Assembly: GCA_964508565.1 (NCBI GenBank)
Contig: CAZDUB010000004.1
Location: 38,874 to 102,873, forward strand
DNA length: 64,000 bases
Reading direction: 5' to 3'
Origin: an uncultured Elusimicrobia bacterium
GTDB taxonomy: Bacteria; Elusimicrobiota; Endomicrobiia; DTEH01
Under the pieces are notes generated by a model. That model made no database searches, was not told where the DNA came from, and saw only the letters and a list, made by a program, of their open reading frames with translations. Positions 40,037 through 48,827 of the stretch are shown here, piece after piece. The position numbers and the translations under genes were made by a program. Positions within the stretch are counted from its first letter, which is position 1; each line of letters begins with the position of its first letter.

Positions 40037-40515
40037 TTGAGTGATTTTATGACAGGAACTTCTTTACATTCTAAAAATAATGGACAATTAATACACTCTG
40101 TCCAAACTTTATGGGGAAGTTCTTCTCTTTTTACTACTTTATACCCAAGTTTTTTAAAAAAATCTGGAATAAATGTCAAAGCAAAAATTTTTTTAACACC
40201 AAGTTTCTTTGCTTCTTCTTCAAGTTTGATAACTAATTTTTTTCCTAAGCCCTTACCTTGATATTCTTCTTCTACAGCAAGTGAACGAATCTCTGCTATA
40301 ACTTCTTGGTCTTTGCCAGTCCAGGTAAGATGTAGCGCTGCAGAACCGATTACTTTTTCTGTTTTTGGCTCTTTGATTACTATAAATTCGTAAAGTCGTT
40401 CGTATATGTCATTTATTACTCTTGGTAACATCAGATTTTTTTTGGCAAATTTGTTAACTAATTTGTGAATTCCAACAACATCTTTTACTTTTGCTTTTTC
40501 AATTTTGTATTTCAT
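40033..40515 (-). CDS. GNAT-family N-acetyltransferase (short amino-acid N-acetyltransferase-like)
   Basis: Acetyl-CoA-binding motif IRSLAVEEEYQGKGLGKKLV. Confidence 0.75.
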   Translation of the reverse strand: MKYKIEKAKVKDVVGIHKLVNKFAKKNLMLPRVINDIYERLYEFIVIKEPKTEKVIGSAALHLTWTGKDQEVIAEIRSLAVEEEYQGKGLGKKLVIKLEEEAKKLGVKKIFALTFIPDFFKKLGYKVVKREELPHKVWTECINCPLFLECKEVPVIKSLK

Positions 40516-41066
40516 ACACTTTTTAAACCTTCTTCTAATGCTTGGATGTTGAGTTCTAAGATTTTTTTGTTATGGTTAAAAAATTTGTTAATAATATTTT
40601 TTATACTTTCAGCTTTTAATAAACGGGTTACTTTTATTATTGCACCTAACATTACAATATTTGATACTACAGTAGTTCCGATCTTGTTTGCAATATCTGT
40701 TGCTGAAATCTTTATTATATTTATATTTTTAGAGTGCTCTGCTAAAAAATTTTTTATTTCAGTTTGTTCTTCAATAAGAGAAGAGTTGATAAACAAAAAT
40801 TTTTGAGGGATAAATTTTTTTACAAATTTTAAATAAGACGGTATATTCATCACTGTAAGAATTGTAGGATTTTCAACTACAGGAGAAAAAATAAAACTGT
40901 CTGAGATTTTTACCATACAGTTTGCTGTACCGCCTCTCATTTCTGCACCGTAAGAGGGATAGTAAGTTACATACTTGTTTTCTTCTACAGCTGAAAAAAT
41001 TAAAATTTTGCCTAAGGACAATACACCTTGTCCACCACTTCCTGCTATAAAGATTTCTTCATACAT
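40512..41066 (-). CDS. 2-oxoacid:ferredoxin oxidoreductase gamma subunit
   Basis: IAGSGGQG...YPSYGAEMRGG motif. Confidence 0.85.
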   Translation of the reverse strand: MYEEIFIAGSGGQGVLSLGKILIFSAVEENKYVTYYPSYGAEMRGGTANCMVKISDSFIFSPVVENPTILTVMNIPSYLKFVKKFIPQKFLFINSSLIEEQTEIKNFLAEHSKNINIIKISATDIANKIGTTVVSNIVMLGAIIKVTRLLKAESIKNIINKFFNHNKKILELNIQALEEGLKSV

Positions 41067-41796
41067 CTTTTATGACTCCCAATGGGAAAAATTTGGTTAG
41101 TTCATTTTTATACCAATCTAAAGCTTCTTTTGGTTCTTTGTGAATTCCTGTAGGACACATTGACAAAATTTCAACTAATGAAAATCCTTTATTTTCAATT
41201 TGATTTAAAAAAGCTTTTTTAATATAGCTTTTTGTTAAAACAACATTTTTTGGGTCTGTTACAGCTGCTCTTGCTATAAACCTTGTGCCGTCTAAAACAG
41301 AAAGCAATTCTGAAACTTTTAGAGGATATCCATCCTTAGATATTTTTCTACCGTATGGTGTTGTTAATGTCTTTTGACCAATTATTGTGGTAGGTGCCAT
41401 CTGCCCTGATGTCATTCCATAGACAGTGTTGTTTACAAATATTACTGTGATGTTTTCTGACCTGTTTGCTGCATGGATTATCTCTGCTGTTCCTATAGCT
41501 GCTAAATCACCATCTCCTTGGTATGTGAATACGATTCTGTCAGGAAGAGCCCTTTTTATACCTGTAGCTACTGCTGGTGGCCTACCGTGAGGAGCTTCTG
41601 TAACATCAAAGTTCCAGTAATCATAGGCAAAAACCGCACAACCTACAGGAGCAACACCTATTGTTCTTTCTCTTATTCCTAACTCGTCTATAACTTCAGC
41701 TACAATTCTATGAATTATGCCATGTCCACAGCCTGGACAGTAGTTGTGATGTGTTTCTTTTAAACTTTTTGGTTTAACAAAGACTGTTGGCTTCAT
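41059..41796 (-). CDS. 2-oxoacid:ferredoxin oxidoreductase beta subunit (TPP-binding)
   Basis: CPGCGHG N-terminus; GDG TPP motif. Confidence 0.88.
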   Translation of the reverse strand: MKPTVFVKPKSLKETHHNYCPGCGHGIIHRIVAEVIDELGIRERTIGVAPVGCAVFAYDYWNFDVTEAPHGRPPAVATGIKRALPDRIVFTYQGDGDLAAIGTAEIIHAANRSENITVIFVNNTVYGMTSGQMAPTTIIGQKTLTTPYGRKISKDGYPLKVSELLSVLDGTRFIARAAVTDPKNVVLTKSYIKKAFLNQIENKGFSLVEILSMCPTGIHKEPKEALDWYKNELTKFFPLGVIKDV

Positions 41797-42859
41797 TTTT
41801 TATAATTTTTTCAACTTCTTTTATTATTTCTTGGCTTGAAACTAAACTTCCTCCTGGTCTGCCGTAAAAATAAACATTGGCTTCTCCATTTACAGCAAGT
41901 TTAACATCTTCTAACATTTGTCCTAAATTCATTTCTACAACTAAAAATTTTTTTGTTTTTTTAGCAACTTCATTTATTTGTTTATATGGGAAAGGAAAAA
42001 GTGTAATGGGTCTTATTAGTCCAATCTTTATTCCTTCTTTCCTAAGTTTATTAACCGCCTCTAAAGAAACTCTTGCTGATATCCCATAAGCTACTATACA
42101 TATTTGAGAATCTTCAACATTGTAAAACTCTACTCTAACTTCGCATTCTCTTATTCTGTCATATTTTTTCTTTAATTTCCAATTTAAAGATTCAAGTTCT
42201 CCTTCTTTCATTAAAAGCGAGTGTATTTTTCTTGGAGCTCTATTTTTTGCTCCGTTCAACACCCAACTTTTATCTATAGGTTCTTCTATTTTTACATTCA
42301 ATTTGCCTTCTTGTTGTTCGTCGTCAAATACTTCCATCATCTGTCCTAAATATCCGTCAAAAACTATAAGTACTGGATTTCTGTATTTTTCTGCAAGCAA
42401 GAACGACTCTTTTGCAAACTCATAAATTTCTTTAACACTAAATGGTGCCAAAACTATTGTATAGTAATCACCATGTCCTCCACCACGAGTTGACTGGAAA
42501 TAATCCTGTTGAGAACCACTGATGTTTCCTAACCCAGGCCCGCCTCGCATAACATTTGCTATTACACATGGAAGTTCGCATCCACAAAGGTAAGATATAC
42601 CTTCTTGCATTAAAGAAACTCCAGGAGAAGACGATGTGGTTAAAGCGCGCTTACCTGTTAGGGCTGTACCAAAAACCATGTTTATAGCAGCAACTTCTGA
42701 CTCTGCTTGCAAAAAAACCTTACCAAGTTGAGGCAATTTTTCTGCAAAATATGCTGAGATTTCATTTTGTGGAGTAATAGGGTATGCATAGTAAGCATCT
42801 AGTCCACCTTCAATTGCTCCCTCACAGAATGCGATGTTTCCCTGTAAGATTTTTTTCAT
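41774..42859 (-). CDS. 2-oxoacid:ferredoxin oxidoreductase alpha subunit
   Basis: Alpha-subunit domains (GNIAFCEGA...YPITP); 361 aa. Confidence 0.85.
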   Translation of the reverse strand: MKKILQGNIAFCEGAIEGGLDAYYAYPITPQNEISAYFAEKLPQLGKVFLQAESEVAAINMVFGTALTGKRALTTSSSPGVSLMQEGISYLCGCELPCVIANVMRGGPGLGNISGSQQDYFQSTRGGGHGDYYTIVLAPFSVKEIYEFAKESFLLAEKYRNPVLIVFDGYLGQMMEVFDDEQQEGKLNVKIEEPIDKSWVLNGAKNRAPRKIHSLLMKEGELESLNWKLKKKYDRIRECEVRVEFYNVEDSQICIVAYGISARVSLEAVNKLRKEGIKIGLIRPITLFPFPYKQINEVAKKTKKFLVVEMNLGQMLEDVKLAVNGEANVYFYGRPGGSLVSSQEIIKEVEKIIKNEANSLC

Positions 42860-43090
42860 TTATTCTTCCTTATATATTTCTATTAGATAATCAGGACACA
42901 TTAAATAACACCTACCACAACCATTACATTTTTCTTCATCTGTTATTTCTATGTATCTATATCCGAGTTTGTTTATATTGTTTGATAGTTTAAGTACACC
43001 GTTTGGACAATATATTTCACATAAACTACATCCTTTACAGTGTTCAAAGTCTATTTTTAATAAAAACTTTTTCTTTGTTGATAGCTTCAT
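42860..43090 (-). CDS. 2-oxoacid:ferredoxin oxidoreductase delta subunit (2x[4Fe-4S] ferredoxin)
   Basis: Two CxxCxxCxxxCP motifs in 76 aa; first gene of a delta-alpha-beta-gamma (oorDABC-like) operon. Confidence 0.85.
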   Translation of the reverse strand: MKLSTKKKFLLKIDFEHCKGCSLCEIYCPNGVLKLSNNINKLGYRYIEITDEEKCNGCGRCYLMCPDYLIEIYKEE

Positions 43091-44757
43091 TTGATATTTT
43101 TTGCTTCTTCTATTAAATTTTTAGCATGTTTTATAGATATATCATCAACTTTTGAACCGCTTAACATTCTTGCTATTTCTTCAATGTGTCTTGTTTGGTT
43201 TAAAACTTCTACACTTATGGTTGTTTTGTCTTTTGCTTGTTGTTTTTTTACAAAAAAATGCCTTTCTGCAAAAGATGCTATTTGCGGTAGATGAGTTATA
43301 CAAAATATCTGTTTGTTTTTCAACACGAGTTGTTTGAGTTTCTTGCCTATTATAAAACCCATAGGACCACCAACCCCGCTGTCTATTTCATCAAATATCA
43401 TTATAGGAGTGTTTTCTTTTTGTCCAAAGATTGTTTTTATAGCAAGCATTATTCTTGAAAGTTCGCCACCTGAGACAACATCTTTTAGTGGCAGAAATGG
43501 ACTTCCTGGATTAGTAGATACTAAAAATTCTACTTTGTCAAAACCCACAGAAGTGAGATTGTTTTTATCTTGTAGGGCAGTTTCTATTTTTATCTGGAGT
43601 TTTGCTTTTTGTAGTCCGAGCTCTGTAAATTCTTTGTTGACAAGTTCTTCAAATTTTTTTGCTGCTTTAATTCTTTCTTTAGAAATTTTTTTGCCTAAGT
43701 CAACAAGAATGTTTTCTAAATCTTCAATCTCTTTTTGGAGGGTTTCTATTTGCTGTTCATTTATGTTTATATCTTCAAGCTGTTTTTTTGCGTTTTCATA
43801 ATAATTTTTTATTTCTTCAATTGTTGAGCCATATTTTCTTTTTAATTTTTTGATTAAGTCAACCCTATCAATTATACTATCGATATATTCTGTTGTGTAG
43901 GTTGAGTATTTTCTTCTATAATTTTCTAGTAAGGTTTCTAAATTCTCTAAATTAGAATGAATTTCGTTTATTGAAGCTAAATCTATATTTTCAGCTGTAC
44001 ATGAGGATAAAGTAGAAAAAAGTTTCTCTAAATTAGTTAGTTTTTGAGAGATCTCGGTGAGGTTAAATTTTATATCAGAGATAATATTTAAAACTTTTTG
44101 TGCGTTTTTTGCCTTTTGTAGTTCCTCTTCAAGTTTTTCATCTTCAGGTGTGAGTTTTGCCTGTTCTATTTCATTTATTTGGTATGAAAGCAATTCCATT
44201 TTTTGTTTTTTTGTTTGAAGTTGGTTTTTTAAGTTTTCATATTGTTGTTGTTTTTTCTTTAAAAGATTGTAGTTTAACTTATAATTTTTAACTAACTCTT
44301 CAATTCCTGCAAATTTATCCAAAGCAGATAGTTGATATGAGGAAGTGAGCAATTTCTGATGTTGGTTTTGACCGTGGATATCAACAATTAAGTCAGATAT
44401 TAATTTTACTAAGTTTGAAGAAACCAATATGTCGTTTATAAAAAACTTTGAACGATTTTGTTTATCAATTTCTCTTCTTATTAGAAGTTCATCCTCAAGT
44501 GGGATTTCTGTGTCTGAAAGTATTTCTTGGATTTCTTCTTTTATATTTTTAATGTCAAAAGCTCCGATTAGTTCACATTTTTCGGAATAAGGCCCAACTA
44601 CAGGGTTTGAAAGTTTTTCACCACAAAGTAAAGATATAGATTCAACTATTATGGATTTTCCTGCTCCAGTTTCGCCTGTGAAGATATTAAAAGAGGAAAA
44701 TTCTAATTTCAGGTTTTCTATAAATATGTAGTTTTTAATTTGAAGGAAAATCAACAT
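43087..44757 (-). CDS. recN: DNA repair protein RecN
   Basis: Real start at ATG 44757 (MLIFLQIKNYIF...); GETGAGKS Walker A; long coiled-coil; the longer ORF to 44853 runs into tRNA-Ser. Confidence 0.88.
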   Translation of the reverse strand: MLIFLQIKNYIFIENLKLEFSSFNIFTGETGAGKSIIVESISLLCGEKLSNPVVGPYSEKCELIGAFDIKNIKEEIQEILSDTEIPLEDELLIRREIDKQNRSKFFINDILVSSNLVKLISDLIVDIHGQNQHQKLLTSSYQLSALDKFAGIEELVKNYKLNYNLLKKKQQQYENLKNQLQTKKQKMELLSYQINEIEQAKLTPEDEKLEEELQKAKNAQKVLNIISDIKFNLTEISQKLTNLEKLFSTLSSCTAENIDLASINEIHSNLENLETLLENYRRKYSTYTTEYIDSIIDRVDLIKKLKRKYGSTIEEIKNYYENAKKQLEDININEQQIETLQKEIEDLENILVDLGKKISKERIKAAKKFEELVNKEFTELGLQKAKLQIKIETALQDKNNLTSVGFDKVEFLVSTNPGSPFLPLKDVVSGGELSRIMLAIKTIFGQKENTPIMIFDEIDSGVGGPMGFIIGKKLKQLVLKNKQIFCITHLPQIASFAERHFFVKKQQAKDKTTISVEVLNQTRHIEEIARMLSGSKVDDISIKHAKNLIEEAKNIK

Positions 44758-44766
44758 AAGCTTAAA

Positions 44767-44859
44767 TGGCGGAGGGGGAGGGATTCGAACCCTCGGTACC
44801 GCTTTTGGCGGTACACACGATTTCCAGTCGTGCTCCTTAATCCACTCGGACACCCCTCC
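44767..44859 (-). tRNA. tRNA-Ser (anticodon GGA), class II with long variable arm; CCA encoded
   Basis: Reverse complement GGAGGGGTGTCCGAGTGG...; anticodon loop CTGGAAA; long variable arm; GGTTCGAATCC T-loop; 3' GCCA. Confidence 0.85.
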
Positions 44860-44868
44860 ACAAGTTTT

Positions 44869-45489
44869 TTACACAACTTCTTTTATTACAGAAATTATAT
44901 TTTTAAAAGCCAAAAACCTATGACTTACAGAATTTTTTTCTTCTTTTGTAAGTTCAGCAAAGGTTTTTTGTTTTGGAGGATAATAAAATACTGGGTCGTA
45001 GCCAAAACCACCTTCTCCTTTAGGTTCAAAAGTGATATAACCTTTAACCTTTCCTGTCCTTGTATAATATTTATTTTTCTTAGGTAGATAAAGACAAGCA
45101 ACACATACAAACTCTGCTGTTCTTTTTTCCCAAGGAACACCTTTTAGTTCTCTAAGGAGTTTTTTGTAGTTGTCTTCGTAGGTACAGTTGTGTTTTTTGC
45201 CAGTGTCTGCATATCGCGCAGAGAACACTCCTGGTGCTCCGTTAAGATAGTCTACAAACAATCCGGTGTCTTCACTTACAGTTGGCATTCCAACAATATC
45301 ACCTATAACTTTGGCTTTTTTAATTGCGTTTTCTTTTAGAGTTTTTCCGTCTTCTTCAACCTCTGGTATATTCTCAAAATCTTCTATACAAAGCAGTTCA
45401 TATTTATCTTTGCAGTAAGTTTCAAAAATTTGTTTTATTTCTTTTAATTTATCTCTATTTCTTGTGGCAACAACAATTTTTTTCTTCAT
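44869..45489 (-). CDS. rdgB: RdgB/HAM1 non-canonical purine NTP pyrophosphatase
   Basis: Ham1 fold motifs (VVATRNRDKLKE; GGFGYDP); 206 aa. Confidence 0.88.
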   Translation of the reverse strand: MKKKIVVATRNRDKLKEIKQIFETYCKDKYELLCIEDFENIPEVEEDGKTLKENAIKKAKVIGDIVGMPTVSEDTGLFVDYLNGAPGVFSARYADTGKKHNCTYEDNYKKLLRELKGVPWEKRTAEFVCVACLYLPKKNKYYTRTGKVKGYITFEPKGEGGFGYDPVFYYPPKQKTFAELTKEEKNSVSHRFLAFKNIISVIKEVV

Positions 45490-46604
45490 TATAGTTTTAA
45501 GTTTTTTAATATGGACTGAATTTGTGGTTTTACTATTTTTATTTTTACATGTTTTTTTGCTGTATTTATGGCATTGTCAGGATCTTTAAGCCCATGACCT
45601 GTAAGGATACACACTATAGTTGAGTTTTGTTTTTTGTTAAAATAACCATTTTTTACATATCTTATTAATCCTGCTACTGAAGCTGCAGAAGCAGGTTCAA
45701 CAAAAACACCTTCTAAAAAAGACAAAATATAGTATGCGTTTAAAATCTCTTTGTCTGTTACAACATCAATAACTCCGCCAGATTCATCTCTTGCTTGTTC
45801 TGCATACTTCCAAGAAGCAGGGTTACCAATTCTTATTGCTGTAGCTATAGTTTTTGGATTTTTTATAGGTTTTCCTTTTACTATAGGAGCAGCACCTGCT
45901 GCCTGAAAACCCATCATTTTTGGAAGTTTGTCTCTATTGATTTTTAGTTCGTCAATTTTTGAAAACTTACCTTCTTTGAATTCTTTATATCCTTTCCAAT
46001 AAGCAGTGATGTTGCCTGCGTTACCTACAGGCATAAATTGGTAGTCAGGAACACTACCAAGTTGTATAATTATTTCAAAAGAGGCAGTTTTTTGTCCTTC
46101 AATTCTGTGTGGATTTAAAGAATTTACAAGAGTTACAGGATATTTTTCTGCTATTTCTCTTGCTAATTTTAAAGCTACATCAAAGTTGCCTTCAACAGCA
46201 AAGACTTCTGCACCATGCATTACAGCTTGAGAAAGTTTGCCTAAAGCAATAGCGCCGTGCGGTATCAAGACAATACACTTCATAGAAGCTTTGGCAGCAT
46301 AAGCAGCAGCAGAAGCAGAAGTGTTACCTGTTGAAGCACAAATTACAACTTTTGAGCCAGCCTCTTTTGCTTTAGATATAGCAACAGTCATTCCTCGGTC
46401 TTTAAAAGAACCTGTTGGGTTTGCCCCTTCATATTTTAAATAAATATTTAACTTAACAGCATATTCTTTCTTAAGCAAGTTTTCTAAATTTTCTGCTTTT
46501 ATTAGAGGAGTATTACCTTCATAGAGTGTTACAGTTGGAGTTTTTTCAGAAACAGGAAGGATCTCCTTAAAATATTCTATTACTCCTGGCCAAATTCTTG
46601 TCAT
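45489..46604 (-). CDS. thrC: threonine synthase
   Basis: PLP-attachment motif [11 protein letters not shown]; 371 aa. Confidence 0.88.
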   Translation of the reverse strand: MTRIWPGVIEYFKEILPVSEKTPTVTLYEGNTPLIKAENLENLLKKEYAVKLNIYLKYEGANPTGSFKDRGMTVAISKAKEAGSKVVICASTGNTSASAAAYAAKASMKCIVLIPHGAIALGKLSQAVMHGAEVFAVEGNFDVALKLAREIAEKYPVTLVNSLNPHRIEGQKTASFEIIIQLGSVPDYQFMPVGNAGNITAYWKGYKEFKEGKFSKIDELKINRDKLPKMMGFQAAGAAPIVKGKPIKNPKTIATAIRIGNPASWKYAEQARDESGGVIDVVTDKEILNAYYILSFLEGVFVEPASAASVAGLIRYVKNGYFNKKQNSTIVCILTGHGLKDPDNAINTAKKHVKIKIVKPQIQSILKNLKL

Positions 46605-46613
46605 AGGTTTGGT

Positions 46614-48359
46614 TTAGTTAATATTAGAGAATTCTTTTATTAGGTTTTCAATTTTTGTTAATTGGTCTTCTGGTGTAAACCTTAGGTTGGTAACTTTTTG
46701 TTTTATATCAGATGTAATAATATCTGAAACCGTTTTTTCTTTTGATTCTATTTTTTCTTTAGCTTTTCTGTACAAAGTAATGATTGTCTTAAGCATCAAA
46801 TACTGCTTTTTTCCAGAACAGTAGGTATCCACTGGGTCAAACGCTGATTGATAAAGAAAATCTTCCCTTAACATTCTGGCTATTTCTAAAACTAATTTAT
46901 CTTCTTCAGAGAGTGTTTCGTATCCAACTAATCTAACTATTTCTTTAAGTTCAGACTCTTTTTGTAAAAGTGCCATAGCTTGAGTTCTTAGTTCTACAAA
47001 ATCTTCACCTAAATTTTTCTTATAATAGTCGTCAAGTACATCGTAATACAAAGAATAACTTGTCAGCCAATTTATTGCTGGGAAGTGTCTTGCATAAGCA
47101 AGCCAATCCTCTAAGGACCAGAATACCTTTACTACTTTTAAAGTTGCTTGAACAACCGGGTCAGAAAGATCTCCGCCAGGCGGAGATACCGCACCAGTTA
47201 CAGTTAAACTTCCAATTTTTTCTTCGCTACCTAAACACACAACTTTACCAGCCCTTTCATAAAATTCAGCTACTTTTTTAGGTAAATATGCAGGATATCC
47301 TTCTTCTCCTGGCATCTCTTCTAACCTTCCTGAAATTTCTCTTAATGCTTCAGCCCAACGAGAAGTAGAGTCAGCCATTAAAGCTACTGAATAACCCATG
47401 TCTCTAAAATACTCAGCAATAGTAATACCAGTATAAATTGAAGCTTCTCTTGCTGCTACAGGCATGTTTGAAGTGTTAGCAATAAGCACTGTTCTGTACA
47501 AAAGAGGATAACCTGACTTTGGGTCTTTCAACTCAGGGAATTCAATCAACACATCTGTCATTTCGTTTCCTCTTTCACCACAGCCAATATACACAATAAT
47601 CTCTGCATTTGCCCATTTAGCAAGCTGATGTTGAATTACTGTTTTTCCACTTCCAAAAGGTCCTGGTACACAGGAAGTGCCGCCTTTTCCTACAGGGAAG
47701 AAAGTATCGATTACTCTTTGACCTGTAAAAAGGGGCTCAGATGGAACAAGTTTTTGTTTGTATGGTCTTGGTTTTCTTACAGGCCATTTGTGATACATTT
47801 TGAGTTCTTTTATGCCTTCTTTTGTTGCAACCTTACAAATTACATCCTCAACAGTAAATTTGCCACTTTTTATTTCTATTATCTCTGCTTCATCTATATC
47901 TGGTGGAACAAGGATATAATGTTTTATTACAGGAGTTTCTTGAACATACCCAATAGCATCTCCAGCTTTTACTTTGTCTTTATTTTTTTTGGTAGGAATA
48001 AACTCCCATATCTTTTCTCTATCTAATGCTGGTGCGGTAATACCACGGCCAATAAAACTTCCACTTATTTTTTCAAGTTTTTCTAACGGTCTTTGAATAC
48101 CGTCATAAATTGTAGTCAACAATCCAGGCCCTAACTCTACAGACAAAGGTTCGTTAGTTGTTTCAATAGGGTCGTCTACTGCGAGACCAGTGGTAGGTTC
48201 ATAAACCTGAATGTAGAATTTGTCTTCGTGAAGTTCAATTACCTCTCCAATAAGTTTTTCTTTTCCAACGCGCACTACATCAAACATCTTTATCTCAGAA
48301 ATACCACTACCTACAACTAAAGGACCCGATACTTTGACTATTCTTCCTTTTGTAGCCAT
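46614..48359 (-). CDS. atpA: V/A-type ATP synthase catalytic subunit A
   Basis: GPFGSGKTV Walker A; V-type-specific non-homologous insert region; 581 aa. Confidence 0.9.
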   Translation of the reverse strand: MATKGRIVKVSGPLVVGSGISEIKMFDVVRVGKEKLIGEVIELHEDKFYIQVYEPTTGLAVDDPIETTNEPLSVELGPGLLTTIYDGIQRPLEKLEKISGSFIGRGITAPALDREKIWEFIPTKKNKDKVKAGDAIGYVQETPVIKHYILVPPDIDEAEIIEIKSGKFTVEDVICKVATKEGIKELKMYHKWPVRKPRPYKQKLVPSEPLFTGQRVIDTFFPVGKGGTSCVPGPFGSGKTVIQHQLAKWANAEIIVYIGCGERGNEMTDVLIEFPELKDPKSGYPLLYRTVLIANTSNMPVAAREASIYTGITIAEYFRDMGYSVALMADSTSRWAEALREISGRLEEMPGEEGYPAYLPKKVAEFYERAGKVVCLGSEEKIGSLTVTGAVSPPGGDLSDPVVQATLKVVKVFWSLEDWLAYARHFPAINWLTSYSLYYDVLDDYYKKNLGEDFVELRTQAMALLQKESELKEIVRLVGYETLSEEDKLVLEIARMLREDFLYQSAFDPVDTYCSGKKQYLMLKTIITLYRKAKEKIESKEKTVSDIITSDIKQKVTNLRFTPEDQLTKIENLIKEFSNIN

Positions 48360-48387
48360 ACTTTTGCTCCTAAATTAGAAGATAAAA

Positions 48388-48702
48388 CTATTCAATTTTT
48401 ACACCAGTAGCAATTGAAGAAAGTTTTTTATATTTCTTTTTTGCTATATTTTTTGAGCCTTTTATCCCGGGCAAAGGTATTAAAGATATATTTAGTTTTT
48501 CAAAATTAGGATATTCTTTCTCTAAAATTTCATATACATCTTCAACAACAAATATCCTTTCAAACTCTTTTTTCTTAACAGTTTCATCAAAACTTTCAAG
48601 CACACTTTTTTTATCCTCTAAATTCACATAAACAACTTCCCATCCTAAAGCTTTATAGAATACTATAGATTCAAAATCGCCTATAATAACAAATTTTTTC
48701 AT
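48388..48702 (-). CDS. atpF: V/A-type ATP synthase subunit F
   Basis: 104 aa; KFVIIGDFESIVFYKALG...IPLPG pattern of V-type F subunit; directly upstream of subunit A. Confidence 0.75.
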   Translation of the reverse strand: MKKFVIIGDFESIVFYKALGWEVVYVNLEDKKSVLESFDETVKKKEFERIFVVEDVYEILEKEYPNFEKLNISLIPLPGIKGSKNIAKKKYKKLSSIATGVKIE

Positions 48703-48778
48703 TTTTAATATTAAATTTTTTTATTTAAAATAATACTTATAAATATTTTTAAAAAAAATCAATAGTTGTTTACAAACA

Positions 48779-48807
48779 TTGACATTCATACAATTTTTTC
48801 ATATATT
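48779..48807 (+). promoter_or_regulatory. sigma70-like promoter TTGACA-17-TATATT for the histidine kinase operon
   Basis: TTGACA at 48779-48784 and TATATT at 48802-48807; ATG at 48828 preceded by GAAAGGA. Confidence 0.45.
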
Positions 48808-48827
48808 TAGTATATTATTAAGAAAGG

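Noticed and set aside
44740-45087. 115-aa plus-strand ORF and the 32-codon 5' extension of recN
   Set aside because: Both are translations of the tRNA-Ser gene and of rdgB antisense. Composition is non-protein-like.
46614-48359. Intein in the V-ATPase A subunit
   Set aside because: Length (581 aa) is normal for an intein-free A subunit, and the sequence is continuous across the P-loop region.
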